64,000 bases of DNA from Saprolegnia diclina VS20 (GCF_000281045.1 NW_008246070.1:1224193-1288192), one strand, 5' to 3'. Positions 32,378 to 43,488 are shown, counted from the first letter of the stretch. Notes: generated by a model from the letters alone, not told the origin. Translations and numbers: made by a program.

Positions 32378-33682
32378 ATGGGCGAGGAGGTCGAGAAGCA
32401 CATCATGCGCAAGTACGACTTGCTCCAGAAGCTCGGCAAAGGGGTCCGGCATCGCATGCGCACACAAGTCTCTCACATCTCGTAGGCCTACGGTATCGTG
32501 TGGAAGGCGACCGACAAGGCGACGCGGCAGCCCGTCGCGCTGAAAAAGTGCTTTGACGCCTTCCGCAACGCTACGGACGCGCAGCGCACCTTCCGCGAGA
32601 TCATGTACCTCCAAGAGCTCAACGGCCACCCGAACATCATCCGCCTCCTCAACGTCGTCAAAGCCGACAACGACCGCGACATCTATCTCGTGTTTGACTT
32701 TATGGGTACCTTGGCCCTTGGTGTATCGCCTCCCTCTTGCTGACGTTGCAATAGAAACGGACTTGCACGCAGTCATACGCGCCAACATCCTCGAAGAGAT
32801 TCACAAAAAGTATGTCACGTACCAGCTCATCAAGGCGCTCAAGTTTATGCACTCGGCCGACTTGCTCCACCGCGACATCAAGCCGAGCAACCTCCTCCTC
32901 AACGCCGACTGTCACACCAAGCTCTGCGATTTTGGCCTTTGTCGGTCCGTGTCGGAGGTCGGCGGCCCCAACCCCGTCCTCACCGACTACGTCGCGACGC
33001 GCTGGTACCGCGCGCCCGAGATCCTATTGGGCTCGACCCGCTACACCAAGGCCGTCGACATGTGGGCGGTGGGCTGCATCGTGGCCGAGATGGTCACGGG
33101 CCGCCCGACCTTCCCGGGCACGTCGACCATGAACCAACTCGAGCGCATCCTCGAGATCACGGGGGCGCCGACGACGACCGACATTGAGAACATCAAGTCC
33201 CCGTTTGCCGCGACAATGCTAGAGAGTCTGCCGCCGCCAAAGACGCAGACACTCGAAGAGCTTTTGCCGAAAGCGTCACCGGAAGCCATCGACTTGGTCC
33301 GGAAATGTCTCTACGTACGACGTGGTTGAGGCACTGTCGGGGTCTCATTCGAGTTTAGTTTGATCCGGACAAGCGGATCACGGCTGACGAAGCTATCAAG
33401 CACCCGTTCGTGTCGCAATTCCACGCTGAGAAGGACGAACCGGTGGCGACGGCGCCATGCCAAATCGTCGTCGACGACAACACAAAGTACTCGGCCGCCG
33501 ACTACCGCGATCGACTCTACCGCGAAATCATCAAAAAGAAAAAGGACATTCGACGCCAAGGCACGCAAAAAGGTGACATTGTCGTCGGTGGCTCTGGTAC
33601 GGCGCCTATCAATGTGCATGCGTTCACCTTTGAACGACGTAGAACCCGCGCCAACCAAGTAAAGCGCGCCGTTCTACCCTGA
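32378..33682 (+). CDS. MAPK15: MAP kinase of the ERK7/8 (MAPK15) group, TDY activation motif; 3 introns
   Basis: [30 protein letters not shown]...[23 protein letters not shown]...NDRDIYLVF...HRDIKPSN...DFG...[15 protein letters not shown]-terminal YRDRLY. Confidence 0.93.
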
Positions 33683-34203
33683 TCAATAAGAATACACTAT
33701 AAATAAAAACGTCTAGATAGTGTCCCTTGTAGCTGTTGGATGGTGCTTGACACACTTGCGACGTCATGCGCGCATGTGACAACATAAATCTGTCGTCGGC
33801 TCGAGTCTCTCAGGCTCCCATGGTGAAGGTCCGCTGCGGCACTACACTAGGAGGTAATCGATGGTGCCAAGCACGCTGCCATGTGAGCTCAAGGACACCG
33901 TGGCGTGGTCGAGGACAGCAGGCACCGTTTCCGTCATCGATTAATGTTGGAGTAAACAATGAGGTAGGCAGAGGCATGCGAACGATGACACGGCGGTTGT
34001 TCGCTGCATGCGGTCATCACCAAGGTGTAAGGCAGATTCTGGAGCCTCTTTTATGGGGCACTGACGCCTCCATTCGTCTCCTCCTCACTTTGTCAGCAGC
34101 TGGTCATTGCGACGTTTGAGTTCAAACCTTCTCAGGCGGTGTGTCTGCGGCTTTGTTGGGCTGGATTCGAACAACAAGGGACGACGTGTGCATTAGAGTG
34201 TCA

Positions 34204-35052
34204 TCAATCCAAGACGTTCATCGTCATTTGGTTCGAAATGCGCTCCATGTCGCGCTCGTACATGTGGTTGAGCTCCTGGACGCTGGGGCTTTTCGTCACT
34301 GGAAACGACCGACTGCGCGGCGGCGCGTGGTACGTACGCGGCGGTGTCCCGATCGCCGCAAAGCCCGGGGGCGGTGCCACGTGGGCCGAGGTCGACCGAG
34401 TGAAAGACGGCGGTGGCGACAGCGCGCGCGGGCGCATCGACATGATCGTGATAGAAAGCATGCGCACGACGAGCTGCGGGATCTTGGCGGCCGCAAATTC
34501 GGCCGGCAACATGGCGGTCACCATCGCATGATCGATCGCACCGGACGCCACGTGGCGCCGAATGTCGGGCACCGTCAGCTTGGGCTCGGCGAGAAACGCA
34601 AATAGCTCGACCTTTGTAAACGGCACCACGATCTCCGGCGTTGCACCTTGTGGTTCATCACTGGGTTCAACTTGGCTCGGCTGGTCGTCTGATTCCGTGG
34701 CTACCAGTTTGTTCTTCTCCGTGGCAGGCGGCTCGTCGGCGTCCGCCGCCGGCTTCTCGTCCATGGATGTGGCTGGTGGCTCGTCGATTTCCGGCACTGA
34801 CTGCTTGTTGGTCTCAGTCGCGCACGATTCGTCGGTGGCACTGCGTGCGACGTTGTAGCCGTCGTCGTCGCGTTGGGGCTCGTCGCATGGCTGCGACGAG
34901 GCGCTCACGAACGGCGCCACATCACAGTTGTTTACGTTTTCACTCTGGTTCTTGGTGTTATCGTCGTTCTTGTTGGGATACAAGACTGTGCTGATGTTGC
35001 TGCTGCTGTCATTGTTGTTGCTGCTGCTGTCATTGTTGCTGCTGTTGTTGTT

Positions 35053-35086
<34 letters not shown>

Positions 35087-35873
35087 GTGCTGTTGATGCA
35101 AATAGCGTTGTTGGCTTCAATGGTCGGTGCAGTCTTGCGCTTGGGCGTTGGGATTTGGCGGGGCTGGCTGCTGCTCTTTTCATTCGTGTACTTGGTTACG
35201 GGAGGGTTCGGGACGGTGGTGACGGACATGGATGCTTTCGGACTGCGGACCTTGCGTGGGCTCTCGCGGCGCTTGACGACGTTAGCTGGACGGACCTAAC
35301 GCCAGTACAAACATGCGTGAGATCGAACGTTGCTACTACTAGTACCTCTGGCAATTGTTGCTCGGGGGTACTTTTGATCAGCACGGGACTCGATTGCGCA
35401 GACGATAAATGTGGGAGCTTGGCCGTGGTGCTCAAGTAGACTTCGGCCAGTTTTGGGGTCTGCGGCGGCGACACGAGTGTAATGCGGGGCGACGCTGGCG
35501 CGCGGCGAGGGCTCAAAACTGCGGGCCGCGCCTTTCGATCTCTGCGCTTGTTGGTCTTCTTGGACGACGGGGTGCGCACGCGCTGCACTGCGCCTCGCGT
35601 GTCGTGGCGCCAATGCAGGAGGGCGCCAGCGCAAAACGTCGAGAGAACGAGGCAAAGGACCACCGAGATCGAGTTGCTCGCGACTACGAGCGCGGCCGTG
35701 TGATGCAAAAGTGTGAGCGCGTGCTGCAAAATGACCCAGACCATGCCGTCGGGATGGAAGAAGAAGCTCGAGAGCGAGAGGAACGTGAGCCAGCTCAGAA
35801 AGCGCTTGAATTTGGATTTCTCCCGGCGGTGCTCGGCATAGAGCTCCAGCGCCGTGCGGACGAGGCTGCTCAT
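34204..35873 (-). CDS. Uncharacterised protein with N-terminal TM segments and an N/S- and D/E-rich disordered region; 1 intron
   Basis: MSSLVRTALELYAEHRREKSKFKRFLSWLTFLSLSSFFF...ISVVLCLVLSTFCAGALL joined through a GT-AG intron (about 35296-35345) to the ORF ending at 34204. Confidence 0.65.
34996..35096. repeat. Coding (TTG/CTG)n trinucleotide microsatellite encoding poly-Asn/Ser
   Basis: gttgctgctgctgtcattgttgttgctgctgctgtcattgttgctgctgttgttgttgttgttg... encodes SNNNNSSNNNNNNNSSNNDSSSNNNDSSS on the minus strand. Confidence 0.9.
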
Positions 35874-36036
35874 GGCGACGACTTGGAAAATAGTGGCTTC
35901 ACGAGCCCAAATGCAAGAGGAGTTTCGTGTCCGAAAGGGCGCGTCGCAGGCGGCCAATCAAGGACGCGCGTGGCCTTTCAGCCGCCAATCACAACGACGC
36001 TACTGAAACGACCGCTAAGATTAGCGCCACCTTCTC

Positions 36037-37221
36037 ATGGCGGCCGACTTCGACCCGTACACGAAGCAATGGATGCGCGAGGTAGACCAGCTCTTCATGC
36101 GAGGATGACGAAGCGGCCGTGTAGGCCATGATGAGTCGCGACATCATCGGCGACCTCGAAGCCGTTAACGCCAAGCTCCGCGCCGACCTGGAGCGCAAAG
36201 TACTTTACATTCCGTGTACAGCTCAACGATCGAGATGTGTAGAGCTTTCAACTCGATCTTATGGACGCGTGCGTCTCTCAGATCGGCGCCACGGAGAAGC
36301 TCCAGAGCGCTATTGACGCGCGCCTGCATCCGCCAAAGGACGCGTACCGCATATCGCCGCAAAGGCTCTCGCCGCGGAAGAAAGACGGTCGCAGTGACGA
36401 ACTCATATTTGGCGGCGAGAGCAACAAGTCACGTTACCACACCAAGATAGCCCATTCTGACCAACTGTAGGTTCGCCCACGGCAGCGAAGCGCTGCAGAA
36501 TATGATCGAAGCCCACACCCCTCGCAAGTAGTGCAAATCCAGTTGTCTTTATATGACGGCATGCTTGTAGAGGCCACCCCATCTCGCAGCCGTACGAGCC
36601 GCCGCGGGAGCCCATCAGTCCACGCAAAATCAAGCATGACGCGCAACTATTCGGGGGCGCGTCACCAGAAAACAAGTGCGAGTTCAAGCACACGTGGCCA
36701 CTCGAAGGTGGTTTGTCGTAGGTTTGCCTTTGGAAGTCCTCGGCACAACGACTATGTCGAGCACCATCACGCTGTTCGGTGCGGCACGACACGCTGTGAA
36801 CGATGAGAATACGGACTTGGGGCTAGGACCAATGAGATCACAGAGTGCCCCAAGCACGAACAAGGCTATGTGTGCGGCTCGGACGCGTATCAGAAGACGG
36901 CGGCGTACGACAGCAGCTACATGGGCCAAGTGAGCGCTGAATGCAGAGCATTCCGTGATATGGACCGCTTGAGGTAGACGGCACGGACCGAGCACGCGCG
37001 CAGCTGGACATTTGAGCGCGAAGAGGCTGCGCTGCGGCAGTCCAAAGACATTTTTGGCAACGAGAAGAAAAAGCTCCTGCTGCCAGGGCGGTACGCGTGT
37101 CGTATCGCAACGCGCCTGAATGATGCGCACTAGGCCCACGCATACGTACGACTGCATCGACCAGCTCGTGCAGTCAACAGACCGGCGAAGTCCTCGCCGG
37201 AGTGGCAACAACCCTCACTAA
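36037..37221 (+). CDS. Uncharacterised 275-aa protein encoded by 9 short exons (no single ORF in the track captures it)
   Basis: Exons 36037-36081, 36125-36199, 36243-36427, 36471-36527, 36571-36675, 36722-36778, 36827-36929, 36978-37090 and 37134-37221. All 8 introns are GT-AG and 43-48 nt, and the frame stays open to TAA at 37219-37221. Confidence 0.75.
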
Positions 37222-37398
37222 TCTTTAAATGTACAAGTCGTCCATCGAAGAATTACTCAGCCCTTCGCGTCGACCATCATTCGGAGCGCGCCTCTTGAAG
37301 ATCTCGTACTTTATCGAGTGCTTGTCGAAAAGCGTACTTGATTGGGTCGACGACGGTGGTTGGTGGATACAGAATCGCATTGGACAGGCTCGGGCGCG

Positions 37399-39558
37399 AT
37401 GGACCTGCCGCCGACGTACGTAGCGGACCTCTACCGCCACGTGCTCCTGGGCGTGAAGGCGTCGAATGCGATTCCGAGCGGCGAAGACGAGTTCCATTTT
37501 CAGTACAAGTTCAACGAGGCCTTCCGCGGCCAAGCCGATGCGCTTGGCGAGCGCGTCACGACACTCCTGCAGCAGCTGCAGCACGTCAACAACAAGCTCA
37601 AGTCGGACAACGACGACGACGTCGCTGTGTTTGACCCGCTCGAGGAGAATGGCCCGCTCACCGACCTCGTCGACTCGCTCCTCGAAGACGCGTCCAAGCA
37701 GATCGAGCGCTTCCAGAAGGGCGAGGTGCAAGCGACGCCGGCGACCACGACGCCCGTAGCGCCGGCTGCGACCGTCACGACCAACGCAGCGATCAACAAG
37801 CCGCAGGAGAAGTTTGCGGACAAGATTGACAACTCGGACGCGCCGTTTGTGACCAAGTTGAAGACCAAGGTGCACGCAGCGACCGTGGCCACGGAGCACG
37901 ACACGACAGGGTCGGACGAACCGTACCACCCGTATCGGTCCGAGATTGCGTCGCTTGCGTACCAGCCGTGGCAGCTTGCGCCGTCGACGACGAAGCGCGA
38001 GATGATCTCGCTCGAGAAGGCGACGTACACGTGGGTCGACACGGAAGAAACGCTCGCGGCCATGCTGGCGACATTGGCGACGACCGACATCCTCGCGATC
38101 GATCTCGAGCACCACAGCTACCGCTCGTACCAAGGCTTCCTCTGTCTCATGCAGATCTCGACGTGGGACGCCGACTGGCTCGTCGATACGCTGGCCCTGC
38201 GCGCGCACCTCCAGGCGCTCAACACGATTTTCTGCGACCCGACGAAACTCAAGGTGCTCCACGGCGCCGACATGGACATTCTCTGGCTCCAGCGCGACTT
38301 TGGCGTGTACATTGTCAACATGTTTGACACGGGCCAGGCCGCGCGCTGCCTCCAGTACCCGCGCTTCTCGCTCAAGTACCTCCTCCAGACGCACTGCAAC
38401 GTGACGGCCGACAAGCAGTACCAGCTCGCCGACTGGCGCGTGCGTCCGCTCGACGACCCGCTCATCAAGTACGCTCGCGAAGACACGCGGTACCTCCTCT
38501 TCATTTACGAAATCCTCAAGCGCGAGCTCGTGTCGCACAAGAGCGGGGCAACCAACTTGCTCCACCAAGTGTACGCGCAGTCGGCAGCCGTCGCGCTCTC
38601 CGTATACGAGAAGCCCAAGGTGCATACGTTCGATGAACTCTTTGACATGGCGCTCAAGCTCAAGAGCACGGTCGGTCTCGAGACGATCTCGGACAACCAA
38701 GCGCACATCTTTGAACAACTGTACCTCTGGCGCGACAACCTCGCGCGCTCGCTCGACGAGTCGCCGGGGTTCGTGTGTCCCAACGCCGTGCTCTTGAAGA
38801 TCATGAAGGGCGTGCCGACGACGCCCGCTGCGCTCTTCCGCCTCTGCAACCCGGTGCCGCCGCTTCTCCGCAAGCACGCGCACGAGCTCACGTTGCTCAT
38901 TGCGCGCGAGGCATCGGCGCCGTCATCCATCGCGGTGCCGGTGGCCGCGCCCAAGAAGAAGGCCACGACGACGCTGCTCGTGCACGAAGAGAACGATCAG
39001 ATTTATGGCTTTGCGGGCTGGAAGCTGCCCAAGCGCACGACCTCGGCGGTCATCGCCGAGGCGTCGACGTCGCTGGCGCCGGCCTTTGACATGCAGCTGG
39101 AAGCAGACGGCCACGAGGCGCTCGAGAAGGTGCGGGCTGCCTTGGCGGCCACGGCGTTTGTCGTCGTCGACTTTATGCAGCAAGCGCCCGCGCCATCGCC
39201 GGTTGTGGCGCCGAAGGACGAGGTAGAAGAGGACGTGTACGTGGCGCCCAAGTCGCTCACGGAGAACTACCCGAAACTCAAGAAGCGCAAGTTTGAGAGC
39301 AAGGCGACCAAGGACGCGGCGGCGGCGACGGCGGCGCTCAACCCGGTCGACGAGGCGGCGCCGTTCGAAGGTTTCAACTATGCGGCCGCGGCCGCGAGTG
39401 TCGAAGCCTCCAAGATGGACGTGGACGCAATGCTCAAGCAGCAGGAAGACGACAAGCGCAAGAAGCGGCGGGCGGGTTACAACCCGTTCGTCGGCGGCAA
39501 GGACACAGTCAACCAAAAGCGCGGCTACAACGCGCCGCGAAGCTCGACCTTTCGGTAA
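37399..39558 (+). CDS. RRP6: Nuclear exosome 3'-5' exonuclease RRP6/EXOSC10 (PMC2NT, DEDD-Y exonuclease, HRDC), intronless
   Basis: KPQEKFADKIDNS..PF, HPYRSEI, AIDLEHHSYRSYQGFLCLMQIST, LHGADMDILWLQRDFG, YQLADWRVRPL, YAREDT, WRDNLARSLDES. Confidence 0.96.
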   Translation: MDLPPTYVADLYRHVLLGVKASNAIPSGEDEFHFQYKFNEAFRGQADALGERVTTLLQQLQHVNNKLKSDNDDDVAVFDPLEENGPLTDLVDSLLEDASKQIERFQKGEVQATPATTTPVAPAATVTTNAAINKPQEKFADKIDNSDAPFVTKLKTKVHAATVATEHDTTGSDEPYHPYRSEIASLAYQPWQLAPSTTKREMISLEKATYTWVDTEETLAAMLATLATTDILAIDLEHHSYRSYQGFLCLMQISTWDADWLVDTLALRAHLQALNTIFCDPTKLKVLHGADMDILWLQRDFGVYIVNMFDTGQAARCLQYPRFSLKYLLQTHCNVTADKQYQLADWRVRPLDDPLIKYAREDTRYLLFIYEILKRELVSHKSGATNLLHQVYAQSAAVALSVYEKPKVHTFDELFDMALKLKSTVGLETISDNQAHIFEQLYLWRDNLARSLDESPGFVCPNAVLLKIMKGVPTTPAALFRLCNPVPPLLRKHAHELTLLIAREASAPSSIAVPVAAPKKKATTTLLVHEENDQIYGFAGWKLPKRTTSAVIAEASTSLAPAFDMQLEADGHEALEKVRAALAATAFVVVDFMQQAPAPSPVVAPKDEVEEDVYVAPKSLTENYPKLKKRKFESKATKDAAAATAALNPVDEAAPFEGFNYAAAAASVEASKMDVDAMLKQQEDDKRKKRRAGYNPFVGGKDTVNQKRGYNAPRSSTFR

Positions 39559-39661
39559 TCGTATGCGCATACGATGCAATGACTGCGATAGACGATGATA
39601 AGGATGATAACTATGTATGGTAAAGTCAATCGCACGCCAGCAGTTGTTCTTGCGTGCCGGC

Positions 39662-41449
39662 TCAGCGTGTGTACGTGCTCTTGGTATCGTACCGACGGTC
39701 TTCACTGCGCCGACGCCGCTTGGCCGACCGCTCGGGCGACACCGACCGGCTGCGCTTGCGACGCCGATGCTCCCGCGACCGAGACCGGCGCGGTTCTCGG
39801 GATCGAGATCGACGGACGTCTCGGGAGCGCGACTCGCGCTGACGCGGCTCCCGACTCCGAGATCGACCTCGACGCGCCATGTCTCGGTCGTAGTTGCGGA
39901 CGTCTAATGGATCCCGAAGTGCCATGAGTGCTCGGCGGCGACTAAGATGAAAGCAATGGTGAAGGGTGGCGCGAATATGAACACTGCGCTCGTACGTCTC
40001 TGCAGCGTGGTCAACGGGCGTTGCTGTCGTGGGAGCAATGTCGCTTGCTGGCGCAGCAGCGAGGTGCCAGCCGTCGCGCTGCCCGAGGTCTGCCATTTGA
40101 TGCTCGAGCATTTCGCGCACCACCTATTGGTGAAGTCATGCGGCGAGTGAATCGAGAGATGGAAGAGAGACGTACTTCGTGGTAGTTGCGTTTCGTGTTC
40201 TTGGCGCGATACGACATGCGTCGGCGCTTGTTGGACGGTGCAGTGACGACTACAATGACTTGAGGTCGTGATGAACTACAGTCAACGACACCTGGTGGGA
40301 CGGGTGCGCTGGGCTGCTTTGGGGGTATGGCGACTTGCACGAGCGATTGCCGCCGAAGCTCGTCCTGCGACCGTGCGTCGTTCTAAGGGACGAAACATGA
40401 ACCGAGCGTTCTGGACGCCATATGTACGTAGACTGCACGGCGAGCAACTTCGACGGCCAAGTACTTCCAGAGCGCCAGCACAAACGCCTAGAGCAGAGAC
40501 ATTGTGTTCTTCTAGAATCACCGTGGAGACGTACGCTCGTTTTCTCTTCGAGAAACTCGGTCAACTCGGCAACAAGGATATCAGGCTGGCTAAAGTCCGG
40601 GTGGTCCAGGAGTCCGAGGACGTAGTCGGTGAGGTCTTCGTCCATTTCGTCCGCCGACAAGTGTCTACGCGAAGAGGTGATGCGTCGAGAAGTTGGGCAC
40701 CTTCGTATACGCACGAGCTAAAGTAGGCGTGCACCCAGCACTTGGTATCAGCCACAAAGGAGCTCGTGTCCACGCGCTGGAAGGGGCGGGGTATCGCAGT
40801 CCAAGCTTGCGCGGCAGTGAAAAAATCGACAGCGTTCGCAGCTATCGCAAGCACCGCCGTCGGGACGTCGCTGACGTCGCTTCCCGAGCGCTCGACGAGC
40901 GAGTGGACCTCGTCGTCCTCGGTGGTTGTCGAGACGTCCGTGACCCCGTCGTCGTCAAAGTACGCATTGTCCATGTGCAGGAAATGGGGCGTGGAGCTAG
41001 CAGTCGCAGGGGCAAAGGCCATAGGCTCTCGACTGCGGGGCTGGGTGGCCTCGCCTGAAGCTGGCTTGGTCGCGCGAATGTTCTCGACATGCGGCATCTT
41101 CTCGTAGAAAAACTAGGTGCGCCTATGGAGCCATAGCCTTCATGAGGAATAATCGTACCTCATGGGACGCATGGTGCTCGTCGGCAATGCCATGACAGCG
41201 TTTCTACTTATGCGTGAGCTACGGTCAGGGTTCATGGCGAGCCGGTACCAAGTGGCGGCCCAGGGCCGCTGGCGGTACGCGGTGCTCGGGAATGCACTTG
41301 CAGCTCACATCGTCCAGAGTAGGGTACAGAGAGAGCTCTGTCTCCTTGAGAAAGGCCATCATGCGAGCTTCCATGGCCTCGAGCTCCATCTGCATCGACC
41401 GGTTGGCCGCCAGCCGGTCCGCGAGCGCGGCCTCGAGCACGGCCGCCAT
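39662..41449 (-). CDS. SNRNP48: U11/U12 snRNP 48-kDa protein (SNRNP48)-like with CHHC zinc finger, internal PWI domain and RS tail; multi-exon
   Basis: Splicing introns 41204-41248 and 41113-41158 gives VSCKCIPEHRVPPAALGRHL|KRCHG...HE|FFYEK (CHHC finger plus FFYE). KRRRMSYRAKNTKRNYHEVVREML matches the conserved 48K C-terminal motif. The PWI-like segment is DEDLTDYVLGLLDH...LVAELTEFLEEKTSAFVLALWKYL, followed by an RS-rich end. Confidence 0.8.
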
Positions 41450-42106
41450 CGCGATCGAAAATGATTCAAATTGGCGCTCTCTGATTGGTTGAAAAGATGT
41501 GGCAGGGCTCCTGTCAAAATGCATACCGAGAATGCACTGTATTTATACAGGATATGTGTTGTTGCAGAGAATCGAAGGTTCGCGAACCGAGGTCCCTTGC
41601 GCCTCGGTTTATAAATCCTGCAGCGGATTTCGTTGCGCCGCCGCAGCAAAAACGTGGAAATCGACTTCGCAGCGTGCATGTCTTGGTGCATACCCCGTCG
41701 CCAATGGATAAAGCACCCAAGCGATGGGCCCACAAGAATTATCTTCGCCGATGCCAATTGACTGCAATGCCTTCTTTTGATTCGTCAAAACCCGACCTTG
41801 GTTGGCTTGTGATTGGCTAAAATGGCACGCATCACTGCAGCCCTGCCCCACCGTCCGGGGCAACGGCCGGTGCATAGACGCGGATCGGGGTAGAAATGGC
41901 GCATCGCCCATACATTTTCCGGGATACCCCGGGGCATCCCCAACTCCCCCTCCTCTGGCGGCAATGGCGTTTGAAGCCATGATGTAGCCAATCAGCGCGG
42001 GTAGTGTCGCCGTGCGCTGCGCGGATTGGACACTGCGTGGTTTTTACGCCCGTGACGTCGCGGCGTCGGCGTACCTCGGAGATTCGCCATGACCGCAGCT
42101 TGGTCT

Positions 42107-42120
42107 TCATTTCCGCTTTT
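42107..42120 (+). promoter_or_regulatory. INR(+FPR-like) core promoter of the aldolase gene, with upstream CCAAT boxes
   Basis: TCATTTCCGCTTTT lies 25 nt before the ATG. CCAAT/ATTGG occurs at about 41988 and 42025. Confidence 0.6.
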
Positions 42121-42145
42121 GCTCGCTCTAGCTCACACTACTCCC

Positions 42146-43222
42146 ATGGGTCTCCTCGATATTGTCAAGCCCGGCGTCCTCACCGGCGACGACGTCATGG
42201 CCGTCTACACGTACGCCAAGAAGCACGGCTTCGCCATCCCGGCCGTCAACTGCACGAGCTCGAGCACGATCAACGCCGTGCTCCAGGCCGCCCGTGACAA
42301 CGGCTCGCCGGTCGTCATCCAGTTCTCGAACGGTGGCGCCGCCTTCTACGCCGGTAAGGGCATCTCCAACAAGGGCGAGTTCGCCTCGATCGCTGGTGCC
42401 ATCGCTGGTGCCCACCACGTCCGCCTCATGGCCAAGCACTACGGCGTGCCGGTCATTCTCCACTCGGACCACTGCGCCAAGAAGCTCCTTCCGTGGTTCG
42501 ATGGCATGCTCGCCGCCGACGAAGAGTACTTTGCCATCCACGGCGAGCCGCTCTTCTCGTCGCACATGCTCGACTTGTCGGAAGAGCCCCTTGAGGAGAA
42601 CGTCCAGATCTCGAAGGAGTACTTCAAGCGCATGGCCAAGATGAACCTCGTGCTTGAAATCGAGCTCGGCATCACGGGCGGTGAAGAGGATGGTGTCGAC
42701 AACTCGGATGTCGACAACGCTTCGCTCTACTCGCAGCCCTCGGACATCATGTACGCCTACGAGGAGCTCTCGCAGGTCTCGCACCGCTTCACGATCGCCG
42801 CTGCCTTCGGCAACGTGCACGGTGTCTACAAGCCCGGTAACGTCAAGCTCCACCCCGAGCTCCTCCAGGGCTTCCAGGAGCACGTCGCTGCCAAGCTCAA
42901 CAACGGCACGGACAAGCCGGTCTACTTCGTCTTCCACGGCGGTTCGGGCTCGACGGAAGAAGAGATCACGACGGCTGTCGGCGCTGGCGTCGTCAAGATG
43001 AACATTGACACGGACACCCAGTGGGCGTACTGGAACGGTCTCCGCCAGTTCTACCTCTCGAAGGAAGGCTACCTCCAGGGCCAGATCGGCAACCCGGATG
43101 GCGAGGACAAGCCCAACAAGAAGTACTACGACCCGCGCGTCTGGGTCCGCAAGGCTGAGGAAGAGATGATTGTCCGCGTGAAGGAGGCCTACAGCAACCT
43201 CCGCAACGTCAACGTCTTGTAA
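42146..43222 (+). CDS. FBA: Fructose-bisphosphate aldolase class II (type A, FbaA-like), intronless, strongly codon-biased
   Basis: FAIPAVN, VILHSDHCAKKLLPWFDG, FSSHMLDLSEE, EIELGITGGEEDG, AFGNVHGVY, VFHGGSGS, KMNIDTD, NKKYYDPRVW. Confidence 0.98.
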   Translation: MGLLDIVKPGVLTGDDVMAVYTYAKKHGFAIPAVNCTSSSTINAVLQAARDNGSPVVIQFSNGGAAFYAGKGISNKGEFASIAGAIAGAHHVRLMAKHYGVPVILHSDHCAKKLLPWFDGMLAADEEYFAIHGEPLFSSHMLDLSEEPLEENVQISKEYFKRMAKMNLVLEIELGITGGEEDGVDNSDVDNASLYSQPSDIMYAYEELSQVSHRFTIAAAFGNVHGVYKPGNVKLHPELLQGFQEHVAAKLNNGTDKPVYFVFHGGSGSTEEEITTAVGAGVVKMNIDTDTQWAYWNGLRQFYLSKEGYLQGQIGNPDGEDKPNKKYYDPRVWVRKAEEEMIVRVKEAYSNLRNVNVL

Positions 43223-43488
43223 ATTGCTCTGAGCAATCTAGTCGATTTGATTTAGTTTTTTCCCACTCTCCTCGTTCATCAGTCAGTCAGGGGCAGTTGG
43301 TTGGCTTCCTCGGCGACCAGACGTTGTCGCTCGGCGATCTTGGGCCGCCAGCTGCTGTCACTGGATTTTCCGATCGTGGGACAAACCCATTGGGACTTTC
43401 CTTTTGTCCCCAAACGCGGTTTAGTTAGTCGAACAAGATTTTCTCAGTACATCGAAGGGGCACAAATCGAAAGACAACACAAGCCACC

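Noticed and set aside
34928..35299. Poly-Leu 'membrane protein' ORF on the + strand
   Set aside because: It is the antisense reading of the poly-Asn/Ser microsatellite in the minus-strand gene.
36222..36236. Possible 15-nt micro-exon in the hidden gene
   Set aside because: It would need a 22-nt intron. The alternative 43-nt intron (36200-36242) fits the local size mode and keeps the frame.
37225..38883. Long antisense ORFs (552 aa here; also 4193-5323, 9106-10128, 42128-42937, 58061-59092, 59384-60820)
   Set aside because: They mirror real genes on the opposite strand. GC-rich codon bias suppresses antisense stops, and the translations contain no recognisable motifs.
40574..40581. ATATCCTT (U12-type 5' splice-site sequence) on the minus strand inside the SNRNP48-like gene, suggestive of USSE-like autoregulation
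   Set aside because: It is a single copy lying in the PWI coding frame (P-D-I-L). I found no tandem site or matching U12 branch point/AC acceptor, so it is likely chance.
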